From: Candidatus Latescibacterota bacterium
GTDB lineage: Bacteria; Latescibacterota; UBA2968; UBA8231
DNA: 64,000 bases
NCBI GenBank assembly: GCA_965243025.1
Contig: CBDETY010000003.1
Span: 3,136,001 to 3,200,000 of the forward strand
Direction of reading: 5' to 3'
Made by a program: the position numbers and the translations under genes
Notes under the pieces: generated by a model
What the model was told of the DNA's origin: nothing
The model's database searches: none
What the model saw: the letters and a program-made list of their open reading frames with translations, nothing else
Part shown: in pieces, positions 18,500 through 28,236 of the stretch
How positions within the stretch are numbered: the stretch's first letter is position 1
Layout of the letters: each line of letters begins with the position of its first letter

Positions 18500-19990
18500 A
18501 TGTTGGTATTGAACGGAGGTCCGGGAGTCGATGTAAGCGAAGCGGTGCTGTTCCCCTACGACGACCGCACGATACCGTTCCGGTACCGCCTGCAGCACGG
18601 GCTCGTCGAGGGCGTCAACCCCTACAAGGGCCACCGCGTCGCCATGGAGCGGGGCGGGCCGGGAACGCCGGACAGCCGGATGGTCAAGTACTACGGCGCC
18701 GTCTGCGAGGTCGGGGACGAGCTGCGGCTCTGGTACCTCGGCCACGGGGATATCGACGGCGAGCCGACGCCGGCGCAGGTCTGCTACGCGGTCAGCACCG
18801 ACGGCGTCAACTGGGAGAAGCCGGAGCTGGGACTCGTCGAGTTCAACGGCTCGAAGCGGAACAACATCCTCCCCTTCGAAGCCGCGGGAACGCCGGGCTC
18901 CTGCTCGGTGCTCTTCGACCTGGAGGACCCCGATCCGGCGCGCCTCTTCAAGATGGTGACCGAGGACAACCCCTACTACATCACCGCCTCGTACAGCCAT
19001 GACGGCATCAACTGGAAGGAGGGGCCGAACAACCCGATCCTCAAGCACAACGCCGTCGAGCCGACCGGGCTGATCAAGTTCAACGGCTGCTACCTCCTCA
19101 ACGGGCAGGGGGGCAACGTCGGCACCAAGAGAGCGCTGGTCACCTTCGTCTCCTGGGACTTCGAGAACTGGAGCGACGCCGTGGTGCTGGGGCTGCGCCG
19201 CGACCGGCACCCGTACCGGCAGATCCCCGGCTGCCACGCCGGCGAGCAGGTGCACCTCGGAGCCGGCCTCTGGGACCGGGGCAACGTCGTCATCGGGGTC
19301 TACGGCATGTGGCACGGCGAGACCAACGACCGCCGTTTCACCAGCATGGACCTCGGGTTCCTCGTCAGCAACGACGCCCTCCACTTCACCGAGCCGATAC
19401 CGGACTTCAAGTTCATCGCCGCCTACGAGATCGAAAGGAAGGAGAGCGGCTGCTTCCCCACCCTCGAGCAGGGGCAGGGGTTCGCCAACGTCGGCGACGA
19501 GTCCCTGTTCTGGTACGCGAACTGGCGGGGCGGCGACCTGCACGTGGCGCGCTTCCCGCGCGACCGCCTCGGCTATTTCGAGGTCGTGCCCGACCCGAGG
19601 CCGAACCTGCTGCCGAGCGAGGACACCCACCAGCTCTACTGGCGGGAGCACATCGGCGACATGGTGCCGGAGTACGCCGAGCCCCACTGCATCTCCTGCC
19701 CCATCGATCTGAAGGGGGCTTCCCCGTCGGTGTACGTCAACGCCCAGGGAGTTTCCCCGCAGAACGGGCTCACCGTCGAGCTGCTGGACGAGCGCATGCG
19801 GCCGCTTCCCGGGTTCGGCAGGGCCGACTGCCTTCCCGTGGTCGAGGAAGGGCTGCGGACGCCGGTCGCCTGGAAGGAAAAGAGGACCCTGGAGGGGATC
19901 GACTCACCCGTGCGGGTGCGGATCAACTGGGATGGGGAGCGTCCCGGGGACGTGTTCCTGTACGCGGCCTACGTGGCGAATGACGGTTGA
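18500..19990 (+). CDS. Hypothetical protein, five-bladed beta-propeller glycosidase-like
   Basis: CYAVSTDGVNWEKPELG, SHDGINW, SNDALHF Asp-box-like motifs; GAGGAGG SD. Confidence 0.75.
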   Translation: MLVLNGGPGVDVSEAVLFPYDDRTIPFRYRLQHGLVEGVNPYKGHRVAMERGGPGTPDSRMVKYYGAVCEVGDELRLWYLGHGDIDGEPTPAQVCYAVSTDGVNWEKPELGLVEFNGSKRNNILPFEAAGTPGSCSVLFDLEDPDPARLFKMVTEDNPYYITASYSHDGINWKEGPNNPILKHNAVEPTGLIKFNGCYLLNGQGGNVGTKRALVTFVSWDFENWSDAVVLGLRRDRHPYRQIPGCHAGEQVHLGAGLWDRGNVVIGVYGMWHGETNDRRFTSMDLGFLVSNDALHFTEPIPDFKFIAAYEIERKESGCFPTLEQGQGFANVGDESLFWYANWRGGDLHVARFPRDRLGYFEVVPDPRPNLLPSEDTHQLYWREHIGDMVPEYAEPHCISCPIDLKGASPSVYVNAQGVSPQNGLTVELLDERMRPLPGFGRADCLPVVEEGLRTPVAWKEKRTLEGIDSPVRVRINWDGERPGDVFLYAAYVANDG

Positions 19991-20873
19991 GGTAGAAAGG
20001 CGGAGGATCGGCAGGACCGGGCTGACCGCCCGGGCCGTCGGGGTCGGCTGGGCGGCGATCACCGGCCTGCCGGACAGGGAGTCGACGGCGACGATCCGGC
20101 GCGCCATCGAGGTCGGGTTCGACTTCCACGACACCTCGTCGATGTACGCCGACAGCGAGCGCCGGGTCGGCCTCGCCCTGGAGGGGGGCTGGCGCGAAAA
20201 GGTGATCCTGCAGACCAAGGCCGGGTACCACCGGGACATCCGCGGGTACGACTACTCCGGCCCCGCCATCCGCTCCTCGGTTGAGAACAGCCTGAGGATG
20301 CTGAAGACCGACTACCTCGACTCGGTGCTCGTCCACGACCCGCAGGATATCGAGGAAGCGCTCGGTCCGGGCCGCGCCTTCGACGTGCTCAACCAGATGA
20401 AAGAGGAGGGGGTAATCGGCCACGTCGGCCTCGGCGTGCGCGGAATCCCCCAGCACCTGCGCGCCATGGAGGCGGGGGTCACCGGGATCCACCTCACCCA
20501 CATGGACTACACCCTCCTCGACCAGGAAGCCGGGCCGCTGCTGTTTCCCGCGCTGAAGAAGCAGGGGGTCGGCGTCCTCATCGCCAGCCCGCTCAAAGGA
20601 GTGCTCGCCGGGCCGGAACCGGACCTCGCCGAGGCGCCGGAGGCGCACGCCATGTGGTCCTGGTGCCGCGACCGGGGCGCCAACCTCCGCGACCTCGCCC
20701 TGCAGTTCTGCCTGCGGGCGCCGCTCGAAGCCATCGTCCTGACCGGTCCGGCGAGCGTCAGGCAGGTCGAGGAGAACTGGGCCTCCGCCCATGCCGAGGT
20801 GCCGCCCGACCTCTGGGCGGAGTTCAAGGCCGAGTTCGGAGTCGTCGAGTACGACGGGTCATGTCCGTCTTAG
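19980..20873 (+). CDS. Aldo/keto reductase
   Basis: RRIGRTGL, DTSSMY, SERRVG, ENSLRMLKTDYLD, HDP. Confidence 0.88.
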   Translation: MTVEVERRRIGRTGLTARAVGVGWAAITGLPDRESTATIRRAIEVGFDFHDTSSMYADSERRVGLALEGGWREKVILQTKAGYHRDIRGYDYSGPAIRSSVENSLRMLKTDYLDSVLVHDPQDIEEALGPGRAFDVLNQMKEEGVIGHVGLGVRGIPQHLRAMEAGVTGIHLTHMDYTLLDQEAGPLLFPALKKQGVGVLIASPLKGVLAGPEPDLAEAPEAHAMWSWCRDRGANLRDLALQFCLRAPLEAIVLTGPASVRQVEENWASAHAEVPPDLWAEFKAEFGVVEYDGSCPS

Positions 20874-21006
20874 CCTGTGTGAACTTCGCCTCTTTGCGGA
20901 CCCTGCGGGGCGACATGGGAGTGCGGACGATGGCGGGGCCTTCCCCCTTCGCATGGGCGAGGGCTTCGGTGAGGGATTGGATCAGATCGTCGCCGAATGT
21001 GTTCAT
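20874..21006 (-). pseudogene. Truncated HigA-like HTH antitoxin
   Basis: MNTFGDDLIQSLTEALAHAKGEG...VRKEAKFTQA; similarity stops at the first HTH helix, where it meets the convergent AKR gene. Confidence 0.6.
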
Positions 21007-21032
21007 TTGATCCTCGTCGCGAGCCAGGACTC

Positions 21033-21317
21033 TCACGCCTCTTTGCCGTCCATAATGGCGTCAATGTCCTCCCAGGTAACGCTGGAAAGCCTCGCGCCGG
21101 TGGCGGCATACTCCCGGCAGGCCCTGATGTCCTCCGGGATGAGGTGGGAGTACATACGGATGATGTCGGCTTCACTCCGTCCTCCGTCCAGCAGCTCCAT
21201 AACCAGTTCCACCGAGATCCGGGTACCCCTTACCGTTGGTTTGCCTGCCAGGATCAGGGGATCGGTAACGATCCGCTCCTGCCAGATTGGTGGCTGATTC
21301 TTGTCTTTATCGGTCAT
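21033..21317 (-). CDS. DUF433 family antitoxin-like protein
   Basis: RIVTDPLILAGKPTVRGTRISVELVMELL...Y.HL..EDIRAC.EYA. Confidence 0.88.
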   Translation of the reverse strand: MTDKDKNQPPIWQERIVTDPLILAGKPTVRGTRISVELVMELLDGGRSEADIIRMYSHLIPEDIRACREYAATGARLSSVTWEDIDAIMDGKEA

Positions 21318-21706
21318 GGCCCATCTCCTTTTTTTCTGGCGCTCCCTGTCAGACCCGGGGGGTTGCCCGGTCAATCTTGGACCACAATGAGGCATACCCC
21401 GGCAACCGGATGGGAAGCGGGCTTAAATAATATACCTCAGCGGGACGCCACCATCGCCGGCATGCGGTCTCACCAACCCGCTCATAGAACCCGACCAGTG
21501 TTTTCCCCCTTAACCGATTTCCGCGAGGAATCCTGATCCGGTCCGTGCGGTCATGGACCCGGAGTCGCATCTCCAGCCCGTACCGGTACTCTGAACTGGC
21601 AAACGACCCGGAAACGAACCTCCAGGAATTCCCCTGTTTCACCCCGGTTTCTGTTCAGTTGGAGTACACCTGATATTTGCGATTTCAACCTGCGAAGGAG
21701 AATACC

Positions 21707-23446
21707 GTGAAAAACGACCGATTCGTGGTATCCGCCCTGGTCGACTTCCCCGACGACTGCGGCAACATCGTCTTTACTCGGGCGCTGGTGGAAAACCTGA
21801 TCGAGCGTCTGCAGTCGGTGGGCGTCACCAGGGTCTACTGGAACTTCTACCAGGCGGGGATGTGGGAGTTCTTCGGGGTCGGAAGCGAGGCCACCCGGGA
21901 GACGCTGGGGAACCTCGGCGAGCCCCTTGCGGTGGGTGCCCGCGCCGCCCACGAGCGGGGCCTGGAGTTCTGGGCCACCATCAAGCCATACGAGACCGGG
22001 GCCAGCCACTCCAACCCCCGGAACAGTCCCAGGATGCTCGAGTACCCCGGCCTGCCCGGCATCGGCGGCGAATACACCGTCGACCCCTGGGTCCTGAACC
22101 ACCCGGAGATGCGCCTGAAGATTCGCTCCGCGGACCTGCCGCGGGGACTGGAGAAGGTCCCGATCAGCCGCATCCAGCTTCGCCAGAAGGACATGGCCCC
22201 GGTCCGCATCAAGCCGGAGAACATTGAGATCTGGACCAGCGACGACAACGTGGGCTACCGCCGCAAGGAGGTGTCGTTCGACGTCAGCGAATCGGTGGAG
22301 ACCTGCCCCAGGGAGGTCGTCGAGATCCAGGGCGGTCCGGTGACCGGGAAGGGGGAGTCCGTGCGCGCCCTGGACCTGACCGGCCTCGACCTTCTAGACC
22401 CCTTCATCGCCGTCACGACGAACCTCGACGACGACAGCGGCACCTTCGCCAACACCGCGCTGGAGATGGTCCGGGCTTTCGGTCCGGACGAGGGTGAGTT
22501 CCCCGTCGTCGTGGCCAGTCACAAAGCCATCTGGCGGCCCGAACGCGACCTGCGCACCGACGACCTGGAGTACGACTGCGGCATCGGAGACGTGGTGGCC
22601 TGCCTGGACGTGGCCAACTCGCGCAACGTCACCCCCGGCTGGTTCGGCACCGGCTCGACCAGGGACGGGGTCATCGCCGTCGGCAGGGGGCGCAACGAGT
22701 ACGTGTCAGGCGCGCTCTGCGAGGCCTACCCGGAGGTGAGGGGCTACTGGCTGGACTGGGTGGGAGCGTGCATCGCCGCCGGCGTCGACGGGGTCGACGT
22801 GCGGATATCCAACCACAGCTCCTGGGTCAACACCCAGGAGATCTACGGTTTCAACAAGCCGGTTGCGGAGGAGTACGAACGGCGGTACGGCAGCGACCCC
22901 GACACAGGCTACTTCGACCCGGAGCTCCTCGGCGCAGTGCGGGGGGAGTTCTTCGACCGCTTCCTGCGGGCGGCCAAGGCCCGGCTTGCGGCAGCCGGGA
23001 AGAAGCTGTCCGTGCACACCGAGATGGAGGGGTTCCGCCCGGATTCCTGCCAGGCCCGATGGAGGTCGATGCCCAACATCGTCTTCAACTGGCGGAACTG
23101 GCTGCGGTCGGGCCTGGCCGACGAGGCCACCCTCTTCGGGAGAGCGTGGAACGTCGACCGCCTCCTCGAAGATCCCCTGACCCAGGAGATGCTGGGCGAG
23201 GCGGCCGCGGCCGGAGTGCCCGTGCACATGAACAATCCGGTCGGCCACCACGCGGAGGAGATGTCCGACCCCGAAAAGCTGGAGTATTCCTACAACAAGG
23301 GCGGGCTGGGGGGTTACTGCTTCTACGAGACCGCGGCGATGTACGACGGCGCGGAGCCGGTCAGCGCCGACGGCACCCTCAACTTCCGCCCCGGCCTGCT
23401 GGAGTCGATCCGGGAAACGGTCGACAACCTGGGGCTGGGGGGATAA
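21707..23446 (+). CDS. Hypothetical protein, glycoside hydrolase-like
   Basis: 580-aa GC3-biased ORF; GVTRVYW, LCEAYPEVR, AGVDGVDVR, YGFN motifs; AAGGAG SD. Confidence 0.7.
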   Translation: MKNDRFVVSALVDFPDDCGNIVFTRALVENLIERLQSVGVTRVYWNFYQAGMWEFFGVGSEATRETLGNLGEPLAVGARAAHERGLEFWATIKPYETGASHSNPRNSPRMLEYPGLPGIGGEYTVDPWVLNHPEMRLKIRSADLPRGLEKVPISRIQLRQKDMAPVRIKPENIEIWTSDDNVGYRRKEVSFDVSESVETCPREVVEIQGGPVTGKGESVRALDLTGLDLLDPFIAVTTNLDDDSGTFANTALEMVRAFGPDEGEFPVVVASHKAIWRPERDLRTDDLEYDCGIGDVVACLDVANSRNVTPGWFGTGSTRDGVIAVGRGRNEYVSGALCEAYPEVRGYWLDWVGACIAAGVDGVDVRISNHSSWVNTQEIYGFNKPVAEEYERRYGSDPDTGYFDPELLGAVRGEFFDRFLRAAKARLAAAGKKLSVHTEMEGFRPDSCQARWRSMPNIVFNWRNWLRSGLADEATLFGRAWNVDRLLEDPLTQEMLGEAAAAGVPVHMNNPVGHHAEEMSDPEKLEYSYNKGGLGGYCFYETAAMYDGAEPVSADGTLNFRPGLLESIRETVDNLGLGG

Positions 23447-23587
23447 CCGGGCCTGTTTGGACGGATCCCGGGCCTCGCCGTCCGCAGGGTCGCGGGCAGA
23501 TAGCCCCGGAGCGGAATCCCTTGCATCATCAGGAGCCCGTACGTCACGGCCTATCCGACCGGGCCGGGGGCCTGTCGGACCCTCGTA

Positions 23588-26500
23588 TCAGTCCACCACC
23601 ACCGCGGGCAGGCCGGACTCCCGGACCTGTTCGTCGAACGCGGCCAGCTCCCGTTCGGCGAAGCGGTCGAGACGCTCCTCGATGTCGTCGAGCTGCGCCG
23701 ACAGGTCGTCGAACAGCTCGCGCGCCTGCTTCGGGGGCGCCGCGTCGGCGATGCCGACGACATTGGCCACGGTGGCGAGCCTGGTGATCAGCTGCCGCGG
23801 CAGTCGCAGGATGTCGCCCGGCGATTCGTCCCCGATCTGGACCAGCAGCGCCTCGAGTTCGGTGATCCCGTCGCACAGCTCCCCGGCGCGCGCGGCGATC
23901 TCTCCGGCCCCGTGCGCCTCCGCCCTTGTCTTCCATTCCTGCAGCTGCCGCTGGATGCGGCGGATGCGGTCGACGATACCGTTGGCCTGCTCGATGCGGT
24001 CGCGGACCTGCGACCCGAGCTCGAACTGCGCCTCGAAGTCCGCCTGGGCCGTCGACACGCGCGGGTCCCTGACGACCTCGAACGACTGTTCGAAGCTCGC
24101 CTCCCCCACCTTGAGCCGCACCCCGTATCTGCCGGGGGGAACCATCGGCCCCTGTCCCTTCCCCGGGGGCTTCATCAGGGACTCCGGGTGGTCGCGTACA
24201 GGGGTCTCCTCGGTGATCTTGTCCGCCCCCGGGCAGCGCAGGTCCCAGACGAACCGGTTCAGGCCCGCCTCGGCGGGGACGTGGAGCTCATCCCCGGCAT
24301 CGTCGGAGTCCGGCGGGCGGCTCCTGAAGCTGCGCACCACCTGCCCTTCCGAGTCGCTGATGGTCAGCTCGATCGGTTCCCCGGGCTCGGCCGCCAGCGA
24401 GTAGTAGATGATCGCCCCTTTCGGTGGGTTCTCCCCGGCGTCGAGCCATTTCCGCCCGACCTCGCCGTTGGCGTCGGTCATGACGTAGTACCCGGCGTTG
24501 GCTCCCAGCCCCATCATGTAGTTCTTGACGCTCTCGTTGTCGCTGCGGAACATCGCCGCCGACCAGTGCAGGGTGTGGCGGACGGTGGTGCGCGGCGCGT
24601 ACAGGGCGTCGGCGTCGGCCGCGCCCCCGGCGGCCAGGTCGCGCAGCGGCGTCAGGTCGTCGAGGATCCAGAAGGAGCGGCCGTGGGTGCCGGCGACCAG
24701 GTCGCCGCGGGCGACGGCGATGTCGTAGACGGGCACCACCGGCAGGTTGTTGCGCAGGGAGTGCCAGGTGACGCCGTCGTCGGGCGACCAGACGATCCCG
24801 GTCTCGGTGCCGGCGTAGAGGAGCCCGGGCTGCTCCGGGTCCTCCCTGACGACGCGGCTGATCTCCCCTTCCGGGAAACCTCCGGCGAGGGAGCGCCAGG
24901 TCTCGCCGTAGTCGTCGGTCTTGTACAGATATGCGCCGTAGTCGTCGAGCTTGAAGCGGGTCGCCGCCACGTACGCGGTGCCGGCCTCGTGGTGCGAGGC
25001 CTCGATGTTGGCCACCATCGTCCTCGGCTCGAGGTCGGGCGGGGTCACCGCCTTCCACTCGCCGCCGTTGTCGCGGCTGACGTGGACGAGCCCGTCGTCG
25101 CTGCCCGCCCACAGCACCCCGGCCTCCAGGGGCGACTCGGCGAAGGCGTAGATGGTGCCGTAGTGCTCGGCGCCGCTGGCGTCCTTGGTCAGCGGCCCTC
25201 CCGAGGCCAGCAGGGTCTCCGGCTCGCCGCGCGTCAGGTCCGGGCTGACCGCCTCCCAGCTCGAGCCCTCGTCCCGGGTGCGGAAGAGCATGTTCCCCGC
25301 GACGTAGATCACGTCCTCCTCGTGCTTCGAATAGGCGATGGGGAAGGTCCAGTTGAAGCGGTACTTGAGGTCGGAGGTGTCGCGGCCGGTCGCGTCTTCC
25401 GGCCACACGTTGACGAGGCGGATCTGGCGCGTGTAGTGGTCGTACCGCTGCAGCGCCCCGTTGCCCCCGGGGGAGCTGCCGATGGCGCCGATAAAGACGA
25501 TGCCGGGGTCCTTCGGATCGACGGCGATGTCGCCGCTCTCCCCGGTGCCGACCGGGTAGCAGTGCTGCCAGGTGATGCCGCCGAACTCGGTGGCGCTCGG
25601 CACGCTGATGCTCGAGTTGTCCTGCTGCGTGGCGCAGACCCGGTAGGGGAACTGGCTGTCGACGCTGATGCGGTAGAACTGCGAGGTCGGCTGGTTGTAG
25701 ATCGTCGACCAGGACTCGCCGCCGTTGAGGGAGATGCAGGCGCCGCCGTCGTTCCCCTGGGCCATCCGCCGCGGGTTTCGGGGGTCGATCCACAGGTCGT
25801 GGTTGTCGCCGTGCGGGGTCGAGACCTCGGTGAAGGTCGCCCCGCCGTCGGTCGACTTCCACATCCTGAGGTTGAGGATGTAGAGGGTGTCGGCGTCCTG
25901 CGGGTCGGCGAATATGTGGCAGTAGTAGAACGGGCGGTGGACGAGGTCGCGGCTGCCCGACACCCGCTGCCAGTTCTCGCCGCCGTCGTCGGACCGGTAC
26001 AGCCCGGCCTCTTCCGCCTCGACGACGGCCCACACCCTCTGCGGCCGGGCCGGGGAAACGGCGACGCCGATCTTCCCCTTGATCCCCTCGGGAAATCCCG
26101 GCTTGTCCGACAGGTCCTCCCAGGTGTCGCCGCCGTCGCAGGTCTTGTGCAGGCCGCTTCCGGGGCCGCCGCTCGACATGTTCCAGAAGTTGCGGTACGC
26201 CTCCCAGACCGCCGCGTAGATGATGCGCGGGTTGTTCGGGTCCATCGACAGGTCGACGGCCCCGGCCTTGTCGCTGGCGAACAGGACCCGCTCCCAGTCC
26301 CCGCCGCCGTTGCGCGAGCGGTACACCCCGCGCTGGTCGTTGGGGCCGAACAGGTGGCCGAAGGCGGCGACGTACACGAGGTCGGGGTCGTCCGGGTGGA
26401 CGCGGATCTTGCCGACGTGGTGGGTGTCCTCCAGCCCGGTATGGGCCCAGGTGCGGCCGGCGTCCGAGCTGCGGTACACGCCGTCCCCCCAGGAGATGTC

Positions 26501-26773
26501 GAGGCGGGTCGCCGTCTCCCCCATGCCGGCGTAGATGACGTTGGGGTCGGACTCGGCGACCGCCAGGGCCCCGACCGGGGCGGAGTTGAAGTACCCGTCG
26601 GAGACGTTCTGCCAGTAGGTGCCGGCGTCCTCCGTCTTCCACACTCCGCCGGCGCAGGCGCCGAAGTAGAAGACCGGGGTCTCTGTCGGATGGCCGGCAA
26701 CGGCGACCACGCGCCCGCCCCGGGGCGGGCCTATGCATCGGTATTTCAGGGCCTGTATCGCGCTTTTGTCCAT
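23588..26773 (-). CDS. VPS10/sortilin-type BNR-repeat glycosyl hydrolase
   Basis: IGPPRGGRV, repeated S/T-x-D-x-G-x-x-W Asp-boxes, HGDNHDLWID, THGRSFWILDD, NRFVWDLR. Confidence 0.9.
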   Translation of the reverse strand: MDKSAIQALKYRCIGPPRGGRVVAVAGHPTETPVFYFGACAGGVWKTEDAGTYWQNVSDGYFNSAPVGALAVAESDPNVIYAGMGETATRLDISWGDGVYRSSDAGRTWAHTGLEDTHHVGKIRVHPDDPDLVYVAAFGHLFGPNDQRGVYRSRNGGGDWERVLFASDKAGAVDLSMDPNNPRIIYAAVWEAYRNFWNMSSGGPGSGLHKTCDGGDTWEDLSDKPGFPEGIKGKIGVAVSPARPQRVWAVVEAEEAGLYRSDDGGENWQRVSGSRDLVHRPFYYCHIFADPQDADTLYILNLRMWKSTDGGATFTEVSTPHGDNHDLWIDPRNPRRMAQGNDGGACISLNGGESWSTIYNQPTSQFYRISVDSQFPYRVCATQQDNSSISVPSATEFGGITWQHCYPVGTGESGDIAVDPKDPGIVFIGAIGSSPGGNGALQRYDHYTRQIRLVNVWPEDATGRDTSDLKYRFNWTFPIAYSKHEEDVIYVAGNMLFRTRDEGSSWEAVSPDLTRGEPETLLASGGPLTKDASGAEHYGTIYAFAESPLEAGVLWAGSDDGLVHVSRDNGGEWKAVTPPDLEPRTMVANIEASHHEAGTAYVAATRFKLDDYGAYLYKTDDYGETWRSLAGGFPEGEISRVVREDPEQPGLLYAGTETGIVWSPDDGVTWHSLRNNLPVVPVYDIAVARGDLVAGTHGRSFWILDDLTPLRDLAAGGAADADALYAPRTTVRHTLHWSAAMFRSDNESVKNYMMGLGANAGYYVMTDANGEVGRKWLDAGENPPKGAIIYYSLAAEPGEPIELTISDSEGQVVRSFRSRPPDSDDAGDELHVPAEAGLNRFVWDLRCPGADKITEETPVRDHPESLMKPPGKGQGPMVPPGRYGVRLKVGEASFEQSFEVVRDPRVSTAQADFEAQFELGSQVRDRIEQANGIVDRIRRIQRQLQEWKTRAEAHGAGEIAARAGELCDGITELEALLVQIGDESPGDILRLPRQLITRLATVANVVGIADAAPPKQARELFDDLSAQLDDIEERLDRFAERELAAFDEQVRESGLPAVVVD

Positions 26774-27009
26774 GTCGGGGCCGCCCTTTCCGGCCGGGTT
26801 TCAAAGTTCTGGTCAGGGGTCACTGCGAGGTGGAACAGACAGGCGCGCCAAGATACCCGGGCAATCGGCGTTTATCAAGATCGGTGGCGCTGGATTTCGC
26901 CGGCGGGGACGGGTATTGCTCCGCCCCCCGGCTCGCGGTATCGTTGGAACTCTCGCACCGGAGCGCGCCGCGGCTGCGACCCGGCGACGTTCCGCGTCGG
27001 AGGAGAACG

Positions 27010-28203
27010 ATGGCCGGCTCTGGCGTTTCAACCCGCTTCGCCACCTCACTGTCCCCTCTCGATCCCGCAGCCCTCCTGCGGCGGTCGCGGCGTACGCTCT
27101 GGTTCAGCCTGCTCGCGGCCGCTGTCCTGCACACCCTGTTCGTCGCCATCAATCCGTTCGGCGAATCCCTGCGCAAGGCGCCCCGCCCGCTGACCAACAA
27201 GTTCATCAAGCGCGAGCCCCGGCTGACCAAACCGCTGGAGCTGCGCAAGATACCGGCGCCCAAACGGAAGCTCGTCCGCCGCGACGTGCGCCCCATGCCG
27301 AACGCCCGCATGGACCGGGTCCAGGCCACCGCCTCCTTCAACACCGGCATCATCGTCTCCCAGACGGGCAACCCACGCGTTCATTTCGCCCCCTCGCAAC
27401 CGGGCCGGCAGCCGGCCCCGGACCTGACCGGCCTGTCGCACCTCGCCCTCACCGGCAGCCGCGTTCCCGAAAACAGGATCGACATGGGTCTGCAGATGCT
27501 CGACATCGGCAGCATGGACACCGGCCGCTACCGGGCGATGGTGGTGCAGGATCCCCTCGACAAACAGTCGCTGCAGGGCTTCGTCAAGCTCGCCCAGGTC
27601 CATTCCGCTCGCGCCACCGAGCTGGGCAAGGGCAGCCGCGACCTGCGCACCCTGGGGTTCCTCAGGGAGGCCCTGAACGACTATACCGGCGTGCGCGCCG
27701 ACCTCCTCGGCGACATCACCTACGACGACAGCCGCCTGATGGAGGTGCCGATCATATACCCCACCGGCGATCCCAACGAGAGCGAGATGGAGAGCCTCGC
27801 CCGCTACCTGATCGCGGGAGGATTCATCCTCGGCGGGTTGACCAGGCCGATGGAGGAGGGGCTGATCAAGTACGGCGGGCTCGTTGCCGGGCGCGATTTC
27901 TGGACGGAGAACCTGCCCGAAGGGCATCCCATCTTCTCCTCGTTCTTCGACGTCAACACCAACATTCCCTCCGGCCACTATTCCGGCATCCACATGAAAT
28001 GGTCCGGGTGGCTCAACACGACCGGCTACTTCGTGCAGGGAAGGCTGGTGGCGGTCAGCCCGGGGCAGGGCTTCGGGTTTCCAAGCCTCCAGCACTTTCC
28101 CGGCGACTACACGCGGCAGCTGCAGATGGCCGTCAACATCATCGTCTACGCCCTCACCCAGGAGGGCTCGATAACCCAGCGCCTGATGCAGATGGTCAAC
28201 TGA
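27010..28203 (+). CDS. DUF4159-like protein with N-terminal TM anchor and Pro/Lys/Arg-rich linker
   Basis: GGAGGAG SD; TM SLLAAAVLHTLF; C-terminal YL..GGFI, LPEGHPIF, G...GRLVAV, QMAVNIIVYALTQ. Confidence 0.72.
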   Translation: MAGSGVSTRFATSLSPLDPAALLRRSRRTLWFSLLAAAVLHTLFVAINPFGESLRKAPRPLTNKFIKREPRLTKPLELRKIPAPKRKLVRRDVRPMPNARMDRVQATASFNTGIIVSQTGNPRVHFAPSQPGRQPAPDLTGLSHLALTGSRVPENRIDMGLQMLDIGSMDTGRYRAMVVQDPLDKQSLQGFVKLAQVHSARATELGKGSRDLRTLGFLREALNDYTGVRADLLGDITYDDSRLMEVPIIYPTGDPNESEMESLARYLIAGGFILGGLTRPMEEGLIKYGGLVAGRDFWTENLPEGHPIFSSFFDVNTNIPSGHYSGIHMKWSGWLNTTGYFVQGRLVAVSPGQGFGFPSLQHFPGDYTRQLQMAVNIIVYALTQEGSITQRLMQMVN

Positions 28204-28236
28204 CAGGGCTGCCCTGCCGCGCCTGCCCCACTCCTC

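Noticed and set aside
21349-21642. 97-aa minus-strand ORF upstream of DUF433
   Set aside because: No motifs, atypical codon usage, and it overlaps a hairpin; not supportable as a gene
23912-27193. 1093-aa plus-strand ORF and many other long antisense or alternate-frame ORFs (e.g. 32141-34936 N-part, 34921-37437, 37534-39993, 62050-63984)
   Set aside because: Shadow ORFs of GC-rich genes: they overlap motif-bearing genes and have no recognisable motifs themselves
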